Under the pieces are notes generated by a model. The model had not been told where the DNA came from and searched no databases. It worked only from the letters and a program-made list of their open reading frames with translations. From Malacoraja senta (lineage: Eukaryota), in the NCBI GenBank assembly GCA_038087875.1, contig CM075977.1, positions 111,476,001 to 111,540,000 of the forward strand: a stretch of 64,000 nt of DNA, given 5' to 3'. Of the stretch, positions 11,401 through 23,684 are shown piece after piece; position 1 is the stretch's first letter; each line of letters starts with the position of its first letter. The position numbers and the translations under genes are program-made.

Positions 11401-12383
11401 CAGAACAAGACCCACGGAAATACACAGAGCAACGGGATTGTGGTAAGATAACGAGAAAGTATCCATTACCCCAAAGAAGGATTATAGTTCATTGCAAAAT
11501 GTATGGAAAATGGCTAATTCTATCAAAATCGCGTTAACATACTTGCAAAGTAGAACCATGTTAAAGGTAATACATTCAATGTGAACTATGATCGAGCATG
11601 GTGATTTGAATGGCGATTGGCCCTGCTGTCACAGGCAATAATGTCATTATAGGCTGTGGGCCGAGGAGCCTTTGGTGTGCAGATCCTTGCTGTATGTAGA
11701 TTCAATAAATATGTGTTGTATCTTGACGTGTGTTTGACTAGACTCATTACAACTACCTTACCAGAGATCCCACCTGAAATAACATTCCCTACCCGTCTAC
11801 CACACGGCATCTTGTCAATGGCCTTGCCAAAGTACATATAGGTAACCTCTTCAAGGTTAACATTGTCTTGCAATCTGCCCTTGATGTTCACGTGGAACGG
11901 CGTATAAAATGCGAGAGCTTCATCGGCATTCTACATGCAGGAATAAACAACCGGCAGACGCGTCATTCAAACAGTTGTATGTAAGTACCGTTGTTATCTC
12001 CCTTACCATGAATGGTTGACAGTATTTATGCAAGCGATCAACGGCAACCTGGTGGAGATGTTTACAAAATCCGAACAGGCTGGATGCTTAACCGATTCCA
12101 CTGGTCTTAACTGATGTTCCGAAGGTGAGGCAATTTACCAGGGAAGGACTTTTTGCCCAGGCATGTTATGATGCCGAGGCGAGCTGCGAGACGCTTTTTC
12201 AACATTCTCCCTTAAATGTACGCATTTGCATCCTGGAAACCTTCTATCATCGCACAGATGCAGAATCCCTCGCCACTGCTTTCTATGTGAGCTAATCATA
12301 ATCTGCGACACGTGCCTTCATATTTCACATAAGACGAGACAAGAAAACACGCTTAGGTAGTGTAGAAAAAGTGAAATATGGGC

Positions 12384-15300
12384 CAATAGACAATAGGTGC
12401 AGGAGCAGGCCATTTGGCCCTTCGAGCCAGCACCGCCATTCAATGTGATCATGGCTGATCATCCCCAATCAGTACCCCGTTCCTGCCTTCTCCCCATATC
12501 CCCTGACCGCTATTTTTAAGAGCCCTATCTAGCTCTCTCTTGAAAGCATCCAGAGAACCTGCCTCCACCGCCCTCTGAGGCGGAGAATTCCACACTCACC
12601 ACTCTCTGTGAGAAAACGTGTTTCCTCGTCTCCGTTCTAAATGGCTTACTCCTTACTCTTAAACTGTGGCCCCTGATTCTGGACTCCCCCAACACCGGGA
12701 ACATGTTTTCTGCCTCTAGTGTGTCCAAGCCCTTAATAATCTTATATGTTTCAATGAGATCCCCCTCATCCTTCTAAACTCCAGAGTGTACAAGCCCAGC
12801 TGCTTCATTCTCTCATCATATGACAGTCCCGCCTTCCCGGGAATTAACCTTGTAAACCTACGCTGCAGTACCTCAACACTAAGAATGTCCTTCCTCAAAT
12901 TAGGGGACGAAAACTGCACACAATACTCCAGGTGTGGTCTCACTAGGGCTCTGTACAACTACAGAAGGACATATTTTCTCCTATATTCGTTTCCTCTTGT
13001 TATGAAGGCCAACGTGCCTTTCGCTTTCTTCACTGCCTGCTGTACCTGCATACTTACTTTCATAGACTGATGTACAAGGACCTCCAGATCCCCTTATACG
13101 TCCCGTTTTCCCAACTAGACGCCATTTAGATAGTAATCTGCCTTCCTGTTTTTTGCTACGAAAATGGATAACCTCACATGTATCCGCATTGAACTGCATC
13201 TGCCATGCACTCCCCACTCGCCCAAACTGTCCAAGTCACCCTGCATTCTCATATCAGCCTCCTCACAGCTTTGTGTCATCTGCAAATTTGCTAATGTTAC
13301 TTTGAATCCCTTCCTGCAAATCATTGATGTATATAATAAATAGCTGTGGTCGCAGCACCGAGCCTTGTGGTACCCCACTAGTCACTGCCTGCCATTCTGA
13401 AAGGGACCCGTTAATCCCTACTCTTTGTTTTCTGTCTGCCAACCACTTCTCTATCCACGTCAGCACTCTACCCCAAAACCATGTGCCCTAATTTTGCCCA
13501 CTAATTTCCTATGTGCGACCTTATCAAATGTTTTCTGACGGTTCAGGTACACTACATCCACTGGCTCCCCCTTGTCCATTTTCCGAGGTATATCTTCAAA
13601 ATATTACAGAAGATTAGTCAAGCATGATTTCCCCTTTGTAAATCCACGCTGACTCGGACCGATCCTGTTACTGCTATCCAAATGTGCGGCTATCTCATAT
13701 TTTATAATTGACTCCAGCATATTCCTCACCACCGATGTCAGGCTAACTGGTCTATAATTCCCCGATTTCTCTCTTAAATGTGGGATGACATTAGCTACCC
13801 TCCAATCCACAGGAACTGATCCTGAGTCTATAGAACATTGGAAAATTATCACCAATGCGTCCAGGATTTCTAGAGCCACTTCCTTAAGTACACTGGGATG
13901 CAGACCACCAGGCCCTGGGGATTTATCAGCCTTCAGTCCCATCAGACCATCCAACACCATTTCTTGCCTTATGTGGATTTCCTTCAGTTGCTCTGTCGAC
14001 CCAGACCCTCTGGCCACTACTATATAAGGAAGATTGTTTGTGGTTCCTTAGTGAAGACAGACCCAAAGTACCTGTTCAACTCATCTGCCATTTCCTTGTT
14101 CCCCATAATAAATTCACCTTTTTCGGTCTTCAAGGGTCAAACTTTGGTTTTAACTATATTTTTCCTCTTCACATACCTAAAGAAGCTTTTACTATCCTGC
14201 TTTATATTCTTGGCTAGCTTACCTTCGTACCTCATCATTTCTCCCCGTATTGTCTTTTTGGTTATCTTCTGTTGTTCTTCAAACATTCCCCAATCCTCTT
14301 GCTTCCCGCTCATCTTTGCTATGTTGTACTTCTTCGCTTTAATTTGTATACTGTTCCTGACGTACCTTGTCAGCCATGGTCGTCCCTTTCTCCCCGTGGA
14401 ATCTTTCTTCCTCCGAGAAATGAACTGATCCTGCACCTTCTGTATTATTCCTAGAAACAACTCTGCCATTTTGGTTCCACTGTCATGCCTGCTGGTGTAT
14501 CTTTCCAGTCAACATTGGCCAGCTCCTCCCCGATGGCCCCATAGTCCCCTTTATTCAACTGCAACACTGACACCTCCGATCAATTATTATCCCTCTCCAA
14601 TTGTAGATTAAACCTGACCATGTTATGTTTACTGCCTCCTAATGGCTCATTAACATCGAGGTCCTTTATCAAATCCGGTTCATTACATAACACTAAATCC
14701 AGAATTGCCTTCTCCCTGGTAGGCTCCAATTCCCGCTGTTCAATGAATCCACCACGAAGGCACTCTACAAAGTCCCTTTCTTGGGGTCTAGTACCAACCT
14801 CATTTTCCCAGTCTACCTGCATGTTGAAATCTCCCATAACAACCACAGCATTACTTTTACTACATGCCTATTTTAACTCCTGATTCAACTTGCGCCTTAT
14901 GTCCAGGCTACTGTTTGGGAGCATGTAGATTAGTCCCATTAGGGTATTTTTACCCTTACAATTCCGTAGTTCTATCCATACTGATTCCACATCTCCTGTT
15001 TCAATGACATCCCTTGCAAGGGACTGAATTTCATTCCTCACACACACGGCAACCCCACCCCTTCTGCCCACTTGTCTGTCTTTTCGATAGGAGGTATACC
15101 CTTGAATATTCAGTTACCAGCCCTGGCCCTCTTGCAGCCATGTCTCAGTAATTCCCACAATATCATACTTGCCAGTTCTAACTGAGCCTCAAGCTCGTCC
15201 ACTTTATTCCTTATACCTCGCGCATTCATATACAGCACTTTGACCTCCGTATTCACTCCCCCTCGCAATTGGTCCTGACCTTACTCTGTTGTCCATTCTC

Positions 15301-16510
15301 AAGCTTTCCTTCCCATTAATTCGAGAAACTTTTGTAATTTTTCCTGTAGCCACTTGCCATTCAACTCCATCTTTATACTCCCAATTTGTCAACCCCCCCC
15401 CACTATTTAGTTTAAACCCACACGTGTAGCCCTTGAAAACCTGCCCGCAAGAATGTCGGTCCCCCTCCAGTTAAGGTGTAACCCGTCTATTTTGTACAGG
15501 TCACCCCTATCCCAGAATAGATCCCAGAGGTCTATAAATCTAAATCCTTGCTCCCTGCACCAGCCCCTCAGCCACACATTCAGACCCCTATCTCCCTGTT
15601 CCTGTCCTCACTAGCACAAGGTACTGGAAGCAATCCAGAGATACCACCCAAGAAGCCCTGCTTTTCAGTCTTCTTCCTAACTCTCTGAACTGTCGTTGCA
15701 TAATCTCCTTACTCTTCTTCCCGATGTCGTTTGTGCCGACGTGCACAACTACTGCCGACTGTTCACCTCCGCCCTCGAGGATGTTCTGAATTCGTTTCGT
15801 GACATCTTGAACCCTGGCACCAGGGAGGCAATAGATCATCCTCGAGTCTCGCCTGCATCCACAGAATTTCCTGTCCGCAACTCGGACAATGGAGTCACCC
15901 ACCACTATGGCTCTGCCCGACATCGGTCTCGCCGGTCGAGTCCCATCTCTAGGATTGGAGCCACCTACGTGTCCACTGCTTGGACTGGAAGTGTCTTCTC
16001 CCCCGACAGTTCCCAAGAGGGCGTACCTGTTTTCATTAGGCACAGCTACCTGGGCCTCCTGCACTCCACGGTTACCACCCTTTCTCTCGGTCACACACCT
16101 TCGTTCTTCCCGTATCCTCTACGTAACCACGTCACTGTAGGTCCTGTCCAGGAAACTCTCGTTTTCCCGGATGATCCTGACGTCATCCAGCTGCTTCTCC
16201 AGTGCCCCAACACGGCACTTTAGGAGCTGAAGCTGCACGCACTTGCCACCGTTGTGGCAGCCAGATGCTCCATCCGTGTCCCTGGGCGCACTCATTCTGC
16301 AAGCCTCACACTGTCTTATCTGCCCCGACATGTGTTCACCGTACCGAAATCTTTCAATAAGCTCCAAGACACCGCCCTGTGCAAATAGCGGTGATCGCCA
16401 TCTGATTCAAGGAGCAGCCGACTGGAGCTGTCCCGGTATCGTGTCACCGCGACACAAAATCACCCCCCACTCTACTCCGGGGATCCTTTTGGCTTATACC
16501 CTGCGTCTCT
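12384..16510 (-). mobile_element. Near full-length CR1 LINE (ORF1 zinc finger + SGNH esterase; ORF2 APE endonuclease + RT), decayed
   Basis: ORF1 pieces CEACRM..GKCVQLQLLK and IVVGDSIVR...VVVHVGTNDIG. ORF2 pieces [53 protein letters not shown] and RPHLEYCVQF. CAATAGA tail at ~12384; many frameshifts. Confidence 0.95.
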
Positions 16511-16673
16511 GCTGATGCCCTGAGTACGGCTCACACACTTCCACACTGTTGCGGTTTAGTGTACATTGGTCCGAGGCTATTTTTTAAATGAACTTGAATC
16601 GCTATCCGAGTTCAGTTATTAGCCTCTGATGCCCATACATCTCTCCTAGTGTATAATCGCCAGGCTCCTTCAG

Positions 16674-16958
16674 GCATTCGGTGACCCAGAGTCCGACTGG
16701 GGTGACCGGGAAGAGTGTCAGTCCATTAAGATTTCCTGCCGTTTTCGGATTTGTTCGCTATGTTCAAACCGTTTTAACTCTGGACCCGTGTTCTAACAGA
16801 CCCAGCCCGTGGAAGAGCTGCAGCGGGTCATCGTAGGGGGACCATGTGTCGTGTCGACCAGTAAAGCGGACATGACCTTTACGCTGGAAATTCGGGACAT
16901 GAGAGTTGGTGACAGCGCCAACTATCAATGTCAAGCTGCAGATAGCTGGATCGCATTG
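16674..16958 (+). pseudogene. NAR-TCR/IgNAR-like V segment pseudogene
   Basis: Encodes SVTQSPTGVTG, a 1-nt deletion at ~16711, then ECQSIKISCRFRICSLCSNRFNSGPVF*QTQPVEELQRVIVGGPCVVSTSKADMTFTLEIRDMRVGDSANYQCQAADSW. Short Cys-Cys span (64 codons), a VNAR-like xGGxxVxSxxKxxxxFxLxIxDxRVxDSxxYxC FR3, an extra FR1 Cys, and TAA at 16794. Confidence 0.75.
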
Positions 16959-17340
16959 GGTTTGAATATGCACATTGGAATGCAAGGGCGCATATAACGT
17001 GGTAGATTTAAGCGCTATATGATCGGGATCGGCCATCAGATTATTCTGATGGCCAATCCCGTTTGTATTAGTTTTAGTAAGCTTGCAATCAAGTTCAATT
17101 TCCTTGTAATTTTCTCTTTCTAAGTTATTTAACTTTGCCGTTTGGTTCCGACGTTCCTGATAACGACGGCATCGACGTTAACCTTATCTAAACCATTTTA
17201 TTCTGAGAGCTCCGTTAGTCAATGGGAACAACATCATCCACTAGGCGTTTGGGAAACACGGAATATTACTTGTTCTTCTGAAGCACTGAAATAATTGGGC
17301 AGCGTTTCCTGTTGCTTTCCGGGAAAAATGGGATGAGGAC

Positions 17341-17445
17341 TTTTATTTTACCGGGAAGACTGAGAGCTGGATCACTGTGTATGACTGCCGTGCTTACTAT
17401 AAAAATGGTGCCGGGACAAGCATGACTTTCACGGCCGGAAAGCAT
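17341..17445 (+). pseudogene. NAR-type J segment with 22/23-spacer RSS and mutated splice donor
   Basis: T-rich nonamer-like TTTTATTTT at 17341-17349 and a perfect heptamer CACTGTG at 17373-17379. These are followed by YDCRAYYKNGAGTSMTFTA (GAGT J motif) and G|GAAAGC where GTAAGC would be expected. Confidence 0.75.
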
Positions 17446-18254
17446 CCTAAAAGCGCTCTTTATATCCCTTGCCCAGGAATAATCAGTGTAGTCTAAAATT
17501 GGGATCTTGTGACATTAATGTCCTTCTAAGTGAAGCAACCCAAATTTCTAATCTTGCAAAATGGCCCATGGGTATGTTGGCGGAGGGCGACAGGTCTGGT
17601 GTGGGACCCGAGAGAGCAGACTGGTGCACTTCTGAAGCAGAAGGATTGTGGATTTTGAGGACAATAAATGACAGACATGCACACCAGTAAAAAGAAAAAA
17701 ATAAACGGAGCACCAGAGCGTTGGGCTGCACACTGATGTTCGTCCCAAGTATTAATTAGCAGAAAATGATGGGCTTATACGAGTTCCCCAGCTGGGGTTG
17801 TTTGGGGAACGGGTAAAACATACCGATTCTGAACGTTCTCAAATCCAAGAGATTGCTGATGTGAGGGGTGTCCAATGGGGAACGGTTTTAGGATGGGTCC
17901 ACGTGCTCTATGAGTGTGAGAATACTGGATGCAATCTCTTTATTGTTTACAATCCACAGTGCAAAGTTGATAGGGTAGACGCTGAGCTGTGAGTAAGTCG
18001 GAAATCCCCGCGAAAACAGCACAGACTCAAAGCAACTGACAACTGAATGCGGGAATGATTTTCAGGAGGAGAAAATATGAATCGTAGGGAGCGAGAGGCC
18101 AGTGGGGAAGTACAACGGGATCTGGGGGACCTTGTTCTTGTCAGTGAAAGTAAGCATGCAGGTACAGCAGGCAGTGAAGAAAGCTAATGACATGTTGGCC
18201 TTCATAACAAGAGGAGTTGAGTACAATGCTTAAATACTTCAACAATAAGAACAA

Positions 18255-19275
18255 ACGTGTCTTGACATTTGTAGCAAACATAATCTCTTTTGTGTTAGGT
18301 GCTACTAATGTGCCACAATGGAAATATGTTAACACAAATGAAAATCCTGCGGATGAAGATTCGAGAGGACAACAGCCGACCGCTTCTTAATCAACAAGCG
18401 ATGGCTCAATGGACCGGAATTTCTCTGTAAGTCGGACAGAATATGGCGAAAGCTTGAGCTGGGATTTGAAATCTCTGCTAATTATGCGGATATTAAACAA
18501 AACATCACAGTGAACTTCATTGCTAAAAATCGCATTATTCTCTCGAACGATTTTCACATTTCAATATCATTGTTAAGAAATATTCATGAATTGATCGGAC
18601 ATGGAGGAAGACGTTTCATGCTGTCAAAACTTTGGGCTATTGTGTTTTGGGCTATATACTGGGTATCATGCCTGATGTTAAGGGTTTGGTACGTACAGTA
18701 CGACTTCAGACTAAGAATAATGTTTCAATAAGACTACTAACCAAGTTATGCTCGCTTCTAGAACGCGAAGGTGAAGATGGAAGAATCGCTAAAGAAGTCT
18801 GAATGCTGATATGTAATGCATGATATTTTTTGTTTTTTGAAATATATTAATGTTTTATAGCTACCTTTTAAATATATTTTAGTAATTGCCTCGTTATACT
18901 CAGAACAATTAGGGGCCGGTATGTAGTAGCCATCTAGCTTAACAGTATGTTATAACTATAAACAGTTACCTTTAACCTTTATCTGCCTGTGTGGGTGGGA
19001 TTTTTACGCGGTTGGAGGCGTGTTTGCGGCTGGGATTCTCGCACAGACGTTATAGTAATTAGTTTAGTTTAGTTTTAAGAAGCATGGGGGAGAGGTCACA
19101 GCTTTCGACCATGCACGAGTTCCACCATGCACGAATTTGATTAAGAGTAAGATCAAAATGTACTTAAACAAGAAGGAGTTTGGATGAATATCTTACTGTT
19201 TTTACTACTGCAATAAAGAGACTTTTAATTAAGAGGTTGTGTTTGGGAGATTAATATTTCGACGGCATTAAATGT
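18255..19275 (+). mobile_element. BEL/Pao LTR retrotransposon relic (RNase H end, integrase zinc finger, PPT, probable 3' LTR)
   Basis: QWKYVNTNENPADEDSRG and WLNGPEFL, then IHELIGHGGRRFMLSKL. GGGGCCGG precedes TGT at 18922; AATAAA at ~19212. Confidence 0.7.
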
Positions 19276-19399
19276 CTCGTGGAGAGCTCATGAATGCGTT
19301 TCGATTATCCCCTGTCTTCAATCATAGTGAGTCGTGGAAAGATTCCTTGAACGATATGAAAATCTGTCACTACAATGTGGACAAAAAAGTTTTTGGCAA

Positions 19400-19705
19400 T
19401 TTAGCCTTTCATCAATCATAGTATTGAATATAGAAGTTGGGAGGTCATGTTGCAGTTGTATAAGACGTTGGTGAGACCGCATTTAGAATATGTTGTTAAG
19501 TTCTGGGCATCATGTTATAGGAAAAGTTTTGTCAAATTTGAAAGGGTTCAGAAAAGATTTACGATGATGTTGCCAGGAGTAGAGGGTGTGCGCTGTAGGG
19601 GGAGGTTGAGTAGGCTGTGTCTCTATTCCATGGAGAGCAGGAGGATGAATGGTGATCAAAAAGAGGTGTATAAAATCATTAGAGGAAGCTACACAGAGAC
19701 CCGTT
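19400..19705 (+). mobile_element. CR1-like LINE ORF2 C-terminal fragment
   Basis: MLQLYKTLVRPHLEYVVKFWAS..ERVQKRFT. Confidence 0.8.
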
Positions 19706-20900
19706 CATAGAAACATTGAAACATAGAAAATATGTACAGGAGTAGGCCATTCGGCACCGAGCCTGCACCGCCATTCAATATGATCATGGCTGATCATCCA
19801 ACTCAGTATCCTGTACCTGCCTTCTCTCCATACCCCCTGATCCCTTTAGCCACAAGGGCCACATCTAACTCCCTCTTAAATATAGCCAATGAACTGGCCT
19901 CAACTATCTTCTGTGGCAGAGAACTCCAGATATTCACCACTCTCTGTGTGAAAAAAATGTTTTTCTCATCTCGGTCCTAAAAGATTTCCCCTTGATCCTT
20001 CAACTGTGACGCCGTGTCCTGGACTTCCCCAACATCGGGAACAATCTTCCTGCATCCAGCCTGTCCAACCCCTTAAGAATTGTGCAAGTTTCTATAAGAG
20101 CCCCCACAATCTTCTAAATTCTAGCGAGTACAAGCCGAGTCTATCCAGTCTTTCTTTATATGAAAGTCCTGACATCCCAGGAATCAGTCTGGTGAACCTT
20201 CTCTGTACTCCCTCTATGGCAAGAATGTCGTTCCTCAGATTTGGAGACCAAAACTGTACGCAATACTCCAGGTGTGGTCTCACCAAGACCCTGTACAACT
20301 GCAGTAGAACCTCCCTGCCCCTATACTCAAATCCTTTTGCTATGAATGCTAACATAGCATTCGCTTTCTTCACTGCCTGCTGCACCCGCATGCCTACTTT
20401 CAATGACTGGTGTACCATGACACCCAGGTCTCGCTGCATCTCCCCTTTTCCGAATCGGCCACCATTCGGATAATAGTCTACTTTCCTGTTTTTGCCACCA
20501 AAGTGGATAACCTCACATTTATCCACATTATACTGCATCTGCCATGCATTTGCCCACTCACCAAGCCTATCCAAGTCACCTTGCAGCCTCCTAGCATCCT
20601 CCTCACAGCTAACACTGCTCCCCCCCAGCTTCGTGTCATCCGCAAACTTGGAGATGTTGCATTCAATTCCCTCGTCCAAATCATTACTATATATTGTAAA
20701 TAGCTGGGGTCCCAGCACTGAGCCTTACGGTGCCCCACTAGTCACTGCCTGCCATTCTGAAAAATACCCTACTCCTACTCTTTGCTTCCTGCTTGCCAGC
20801 CAGTTCTCTATCCACATCAATACTGAACAGCCAATACCGTGTGCTTTAAGTTTGTATACTAATCTCTTATGTGGAATATTGTCGAAAGCCTTCTGAAAGT
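19706..20900 (-). mobile_element. 5'-truncated CR1 LINE (RT C-half + 3'UTR)
   Basis: ORF 20092-20718 encodes [40 protein letters not shown] tail at ~19706. Confidence 0.9.
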
Positions 20901-21606
20901 CTTTCTAGAGTAGTTGCATCGGGGACCGGAGGACATAGGATTGCCCCGGATCTTTTACATGAATAATTTATATAAGACCACTCAAAAATAACTTACTACT
21001 TTATTTTTCATCAGGGCCGAGTAGAAACACCTGGAACGTAATTGAAAATGGGGAAATGGATTAGGCCAGTATATGGTAACTGTAGTTCAAGGTCTCCAAA
21101 TAAACTAAAGATAGACACAAAAAGCTGAAAAAGGTCTCGACCCGAAATGCCACCCATTCGTTCTCTACGGAGATGCAGCCTGTCCCGCTGAGTTATTTCA
21201 GATTTTTGTGTCTACCTTCGGTTTAAAACAGCATCTGCAATTCCATTATACACACTCTACATTAATGGTTTCATCGTATCGTGCGTTGTTGACTGATATT
21301 TTTGTCCGACCTTTCGACAGCTGCAACCTCGTGGAACATATTTAAATTTAGAAATATTATTAGCAAACCTACTTTACAGTTCGTTTGTTCCGTACGTGCT
21401 GAATTGGTGCATGTGCAATGAACTACCCTCGTGATTGATGTCGTATATCATCACAGTGGAGGAAAATCCGTAATGAATGTCCACAGGGAGGTAATCTCAA
21501 TAAATCGTTAATCTTTTCCTTGGCTTATAAATGTTCAGTGGTTTAACCTCCCAATATAACATCTGTAAGCTTTGTACTGGATTTCCGAGGTCGCTGTTAA
21601 GGAGAA

Positions 21607-23684
21607 ATGGGTCGCCTGCAACACTTGTCGGTTGAATATTATTATTACCCAATCCTGGCAACAATTGGAGTGCCCGGTAGGTCAATTGACAGTTGAAAGT
21701 TGGATGGTCTTGACGACATTTGACGACATACCGGGCACAAACTTAAAGCACACGGAAACGGCAATGATGAAAATAAAGTTAAAATAGTGTGCCAAAACGT
21801 GCTAAATGCTAGGTTGCGCCTTGGAACAGGGTTTGGGGAATAACCTGAAGTTATTGTATGCTTTAAATATATCTCATCGTTTGCCCTTTACTGGGACTGG
21901 TATAAAATTGTTCTTGCATTATTGTTAAGAGTCGTCAAGTCCAGAGTGTATTATTGTCATATGTCCCGGAAGTGACAATGAAATTCTTACTTGCTGCAGC
22001 TCAACAGAATATGTGAATATGTAATCATTGTATATAATGGTGAAAAAAAAAAGTTCAATGAATAACAAATATAGTGCAAATAGCACATAATAATATAGTA
22101 TTTTGCAGTTCAGAGCTCATAGCTTATTCGTTGTGTTTAATAGCCTGATGGCTGTGGGGAAGTAGCTGCTCCTGAACCTGGACGTTACAGTCTTCAGGCT
22201 CGTGTACCTTCTTCTTGATGGCAGTGGTGAGATAAGTGTGTGGCCATGATGGTGTGGGTCCTTGATGATTTTGGCTGCAGTGAAGTAACAGCCAAGTAAG
22301 CTGAGCGACAAAGGCTGCATCTTGTTATACCTCGGGCGATTGCATTTCCCGCATGTATTTTTGTCTCCATCTGGTTTCCCATTTTATGGCTTTAAAGTTC
22401 GTTAATTTTTCTTGTGAGATGACCGCATCGCGTGCAGGTAATCTCTATTATACACCGCCCCTGCAAACGTTGCAAACCGGGTAAGCAAATGCGGATCCGA
22501 AAGGTGCGCCACAATAACACTGATTTTAGTCTTGTTGTTCATACTACACTTCCGTTTAAACCGTTTCTCAGTTGATTAATTCACGCTTAGGTGGAATGTT
22601 TGTTCGTGAGCGCAGTATCAGGGATTGCCTTCAAACCAACGGAAATTTCCGTCCATGCCATGCTTTTCACAATTTTAGGAAAGTAAGCAAAGTAATAATA
22701 TATACACACCCATTACTCAACTCGAAATACTTCTGTCCATATAATCACCATTGCTTCTTTCTTACTCCCCTAGTGAATCTACTGGCGATTGTGGTCCTGA
22801 CCCGAGGAAAGTGCGGTCTCTCTAAATGCATCACTCGTTATCTGGTGGCTATGGCGACGGCGGACCTCACGGTGATTGTCTGCGAAGTGATTTTAAATCG
22901 GATTGCCGTTCTTTATTGGCGGAACACAATCCTGTACTACACTCCTGTGTGCAGGTTTATTCTCTTCCTGTCCGCCGCGGCCGTGGACTGTTCCGTATGG
23001 TTCACGGTCTCTTTCACACTTGATAGGTTTGTGGCCATATCCAAACAGAATCTGAGATCCAGATACTGTACCGACAGAACCGCGGCGGTGGTTACGGTGA
23101 CCCTTTGTACCTTCTTCTGTTTACAGAACGTTCCCTGGCCTTTCGCTTATAATTCTTTGCTCAAGCATAATGGCTTACTGTGGGGCTGCCTAATCCGATC
23201 GGACTTCTATTACCTGCCCGCATGGATCGTATTTTCTTGGACCGAGCCGTTGTTGACCCCAGTAATTCCATTCTGTTTGATTTTGTTCTTTAATGCGCAC
23301 ACGGCGAGTCGTATTTTAATGGCCAATCGGGTCCGCAGGAGGCTCCGCGATCTCAGTCGTGGAGACCCGGAGACGGAAAGCCGTAAACGGTCCATAATTT
23401 TACTCTTTGCAATCTCCAGCAGCTTTATCCTGCTCTGGGTCACAACTGTATCTCATTTTGTTTTCTATCGATGTGTCAACGGAAGTTGGCTGCGAAATTT
23501 CACAAACACATATGCAACATTTGAAAACATTGTAGTTATTCTGCAACTGCTGAACACCTGTACAAACACACTGATTTACACCGTCACCCAGGGGAAGTTC
23601 AGAAAGCAGCTCCTTCACGCACTTCAATTGCCGGTCGCGCTAACTGGAAAGTTTTTGAAACATATCAAATCATTTTTTAAATGA
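21607..23684 (+). CDS. GPR139-like class A GPCR, copy 2, intact: join(21607..21676,22774..23684), 326 aa
   Basis: Exon 1 MGRLQHLSVEYYYYPILATIGVP with donor G|GTAGGT and acceptor CCCCTAG|TG, giving in-frame VNLLAIVVL. Seven TM segments, ECL1/TM3 and ECL2 Cys, LDRF, and TM7 LLNTCTNTLIY. Family assignment is from memory of the expanded chondrichthyan GPR139-like genes; orthology not established. Confidence 0.85.
21925..22280 (-). mobile_element. LINE 3' fragment in the GPCR intron (shared remnant at 33530-33640)
   Basis: IIKDPHHHGHTLISPLPSRRRYTSLKTVTSRFRSSYFPTAIRLLN, a non-LTR ORF2 C-terminus, with an AAGAGTC-type tail. Confidence 0.7.

Noticed and set aside
12224-12290. Octamer ATTTGCAT plus a short ATG..GTGAGC exon as promoter/leader of the NAR-like V, split off by the CR1
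   Set aside because: The octamer is only 26 nt from the ATG, the peptide MQNPSPLLS is a poor signal sequence, and another octamer occurs at 60786 by chance.
21634-21648. EYYYY as a tyrosine-sulfation site
   Set aside because: It aligns with the start of TM1 (YYP/YYS in this family) and is not an extended acidic ectodomain.
22572-22773. Treating the 370-aa ORF as the true single-exon GPCR
   Set aside because: A conserved upstream exon with TATA, donor and phase-matched acceptor supplies TM1. The extension is kept only as a low-interest hypothesis.
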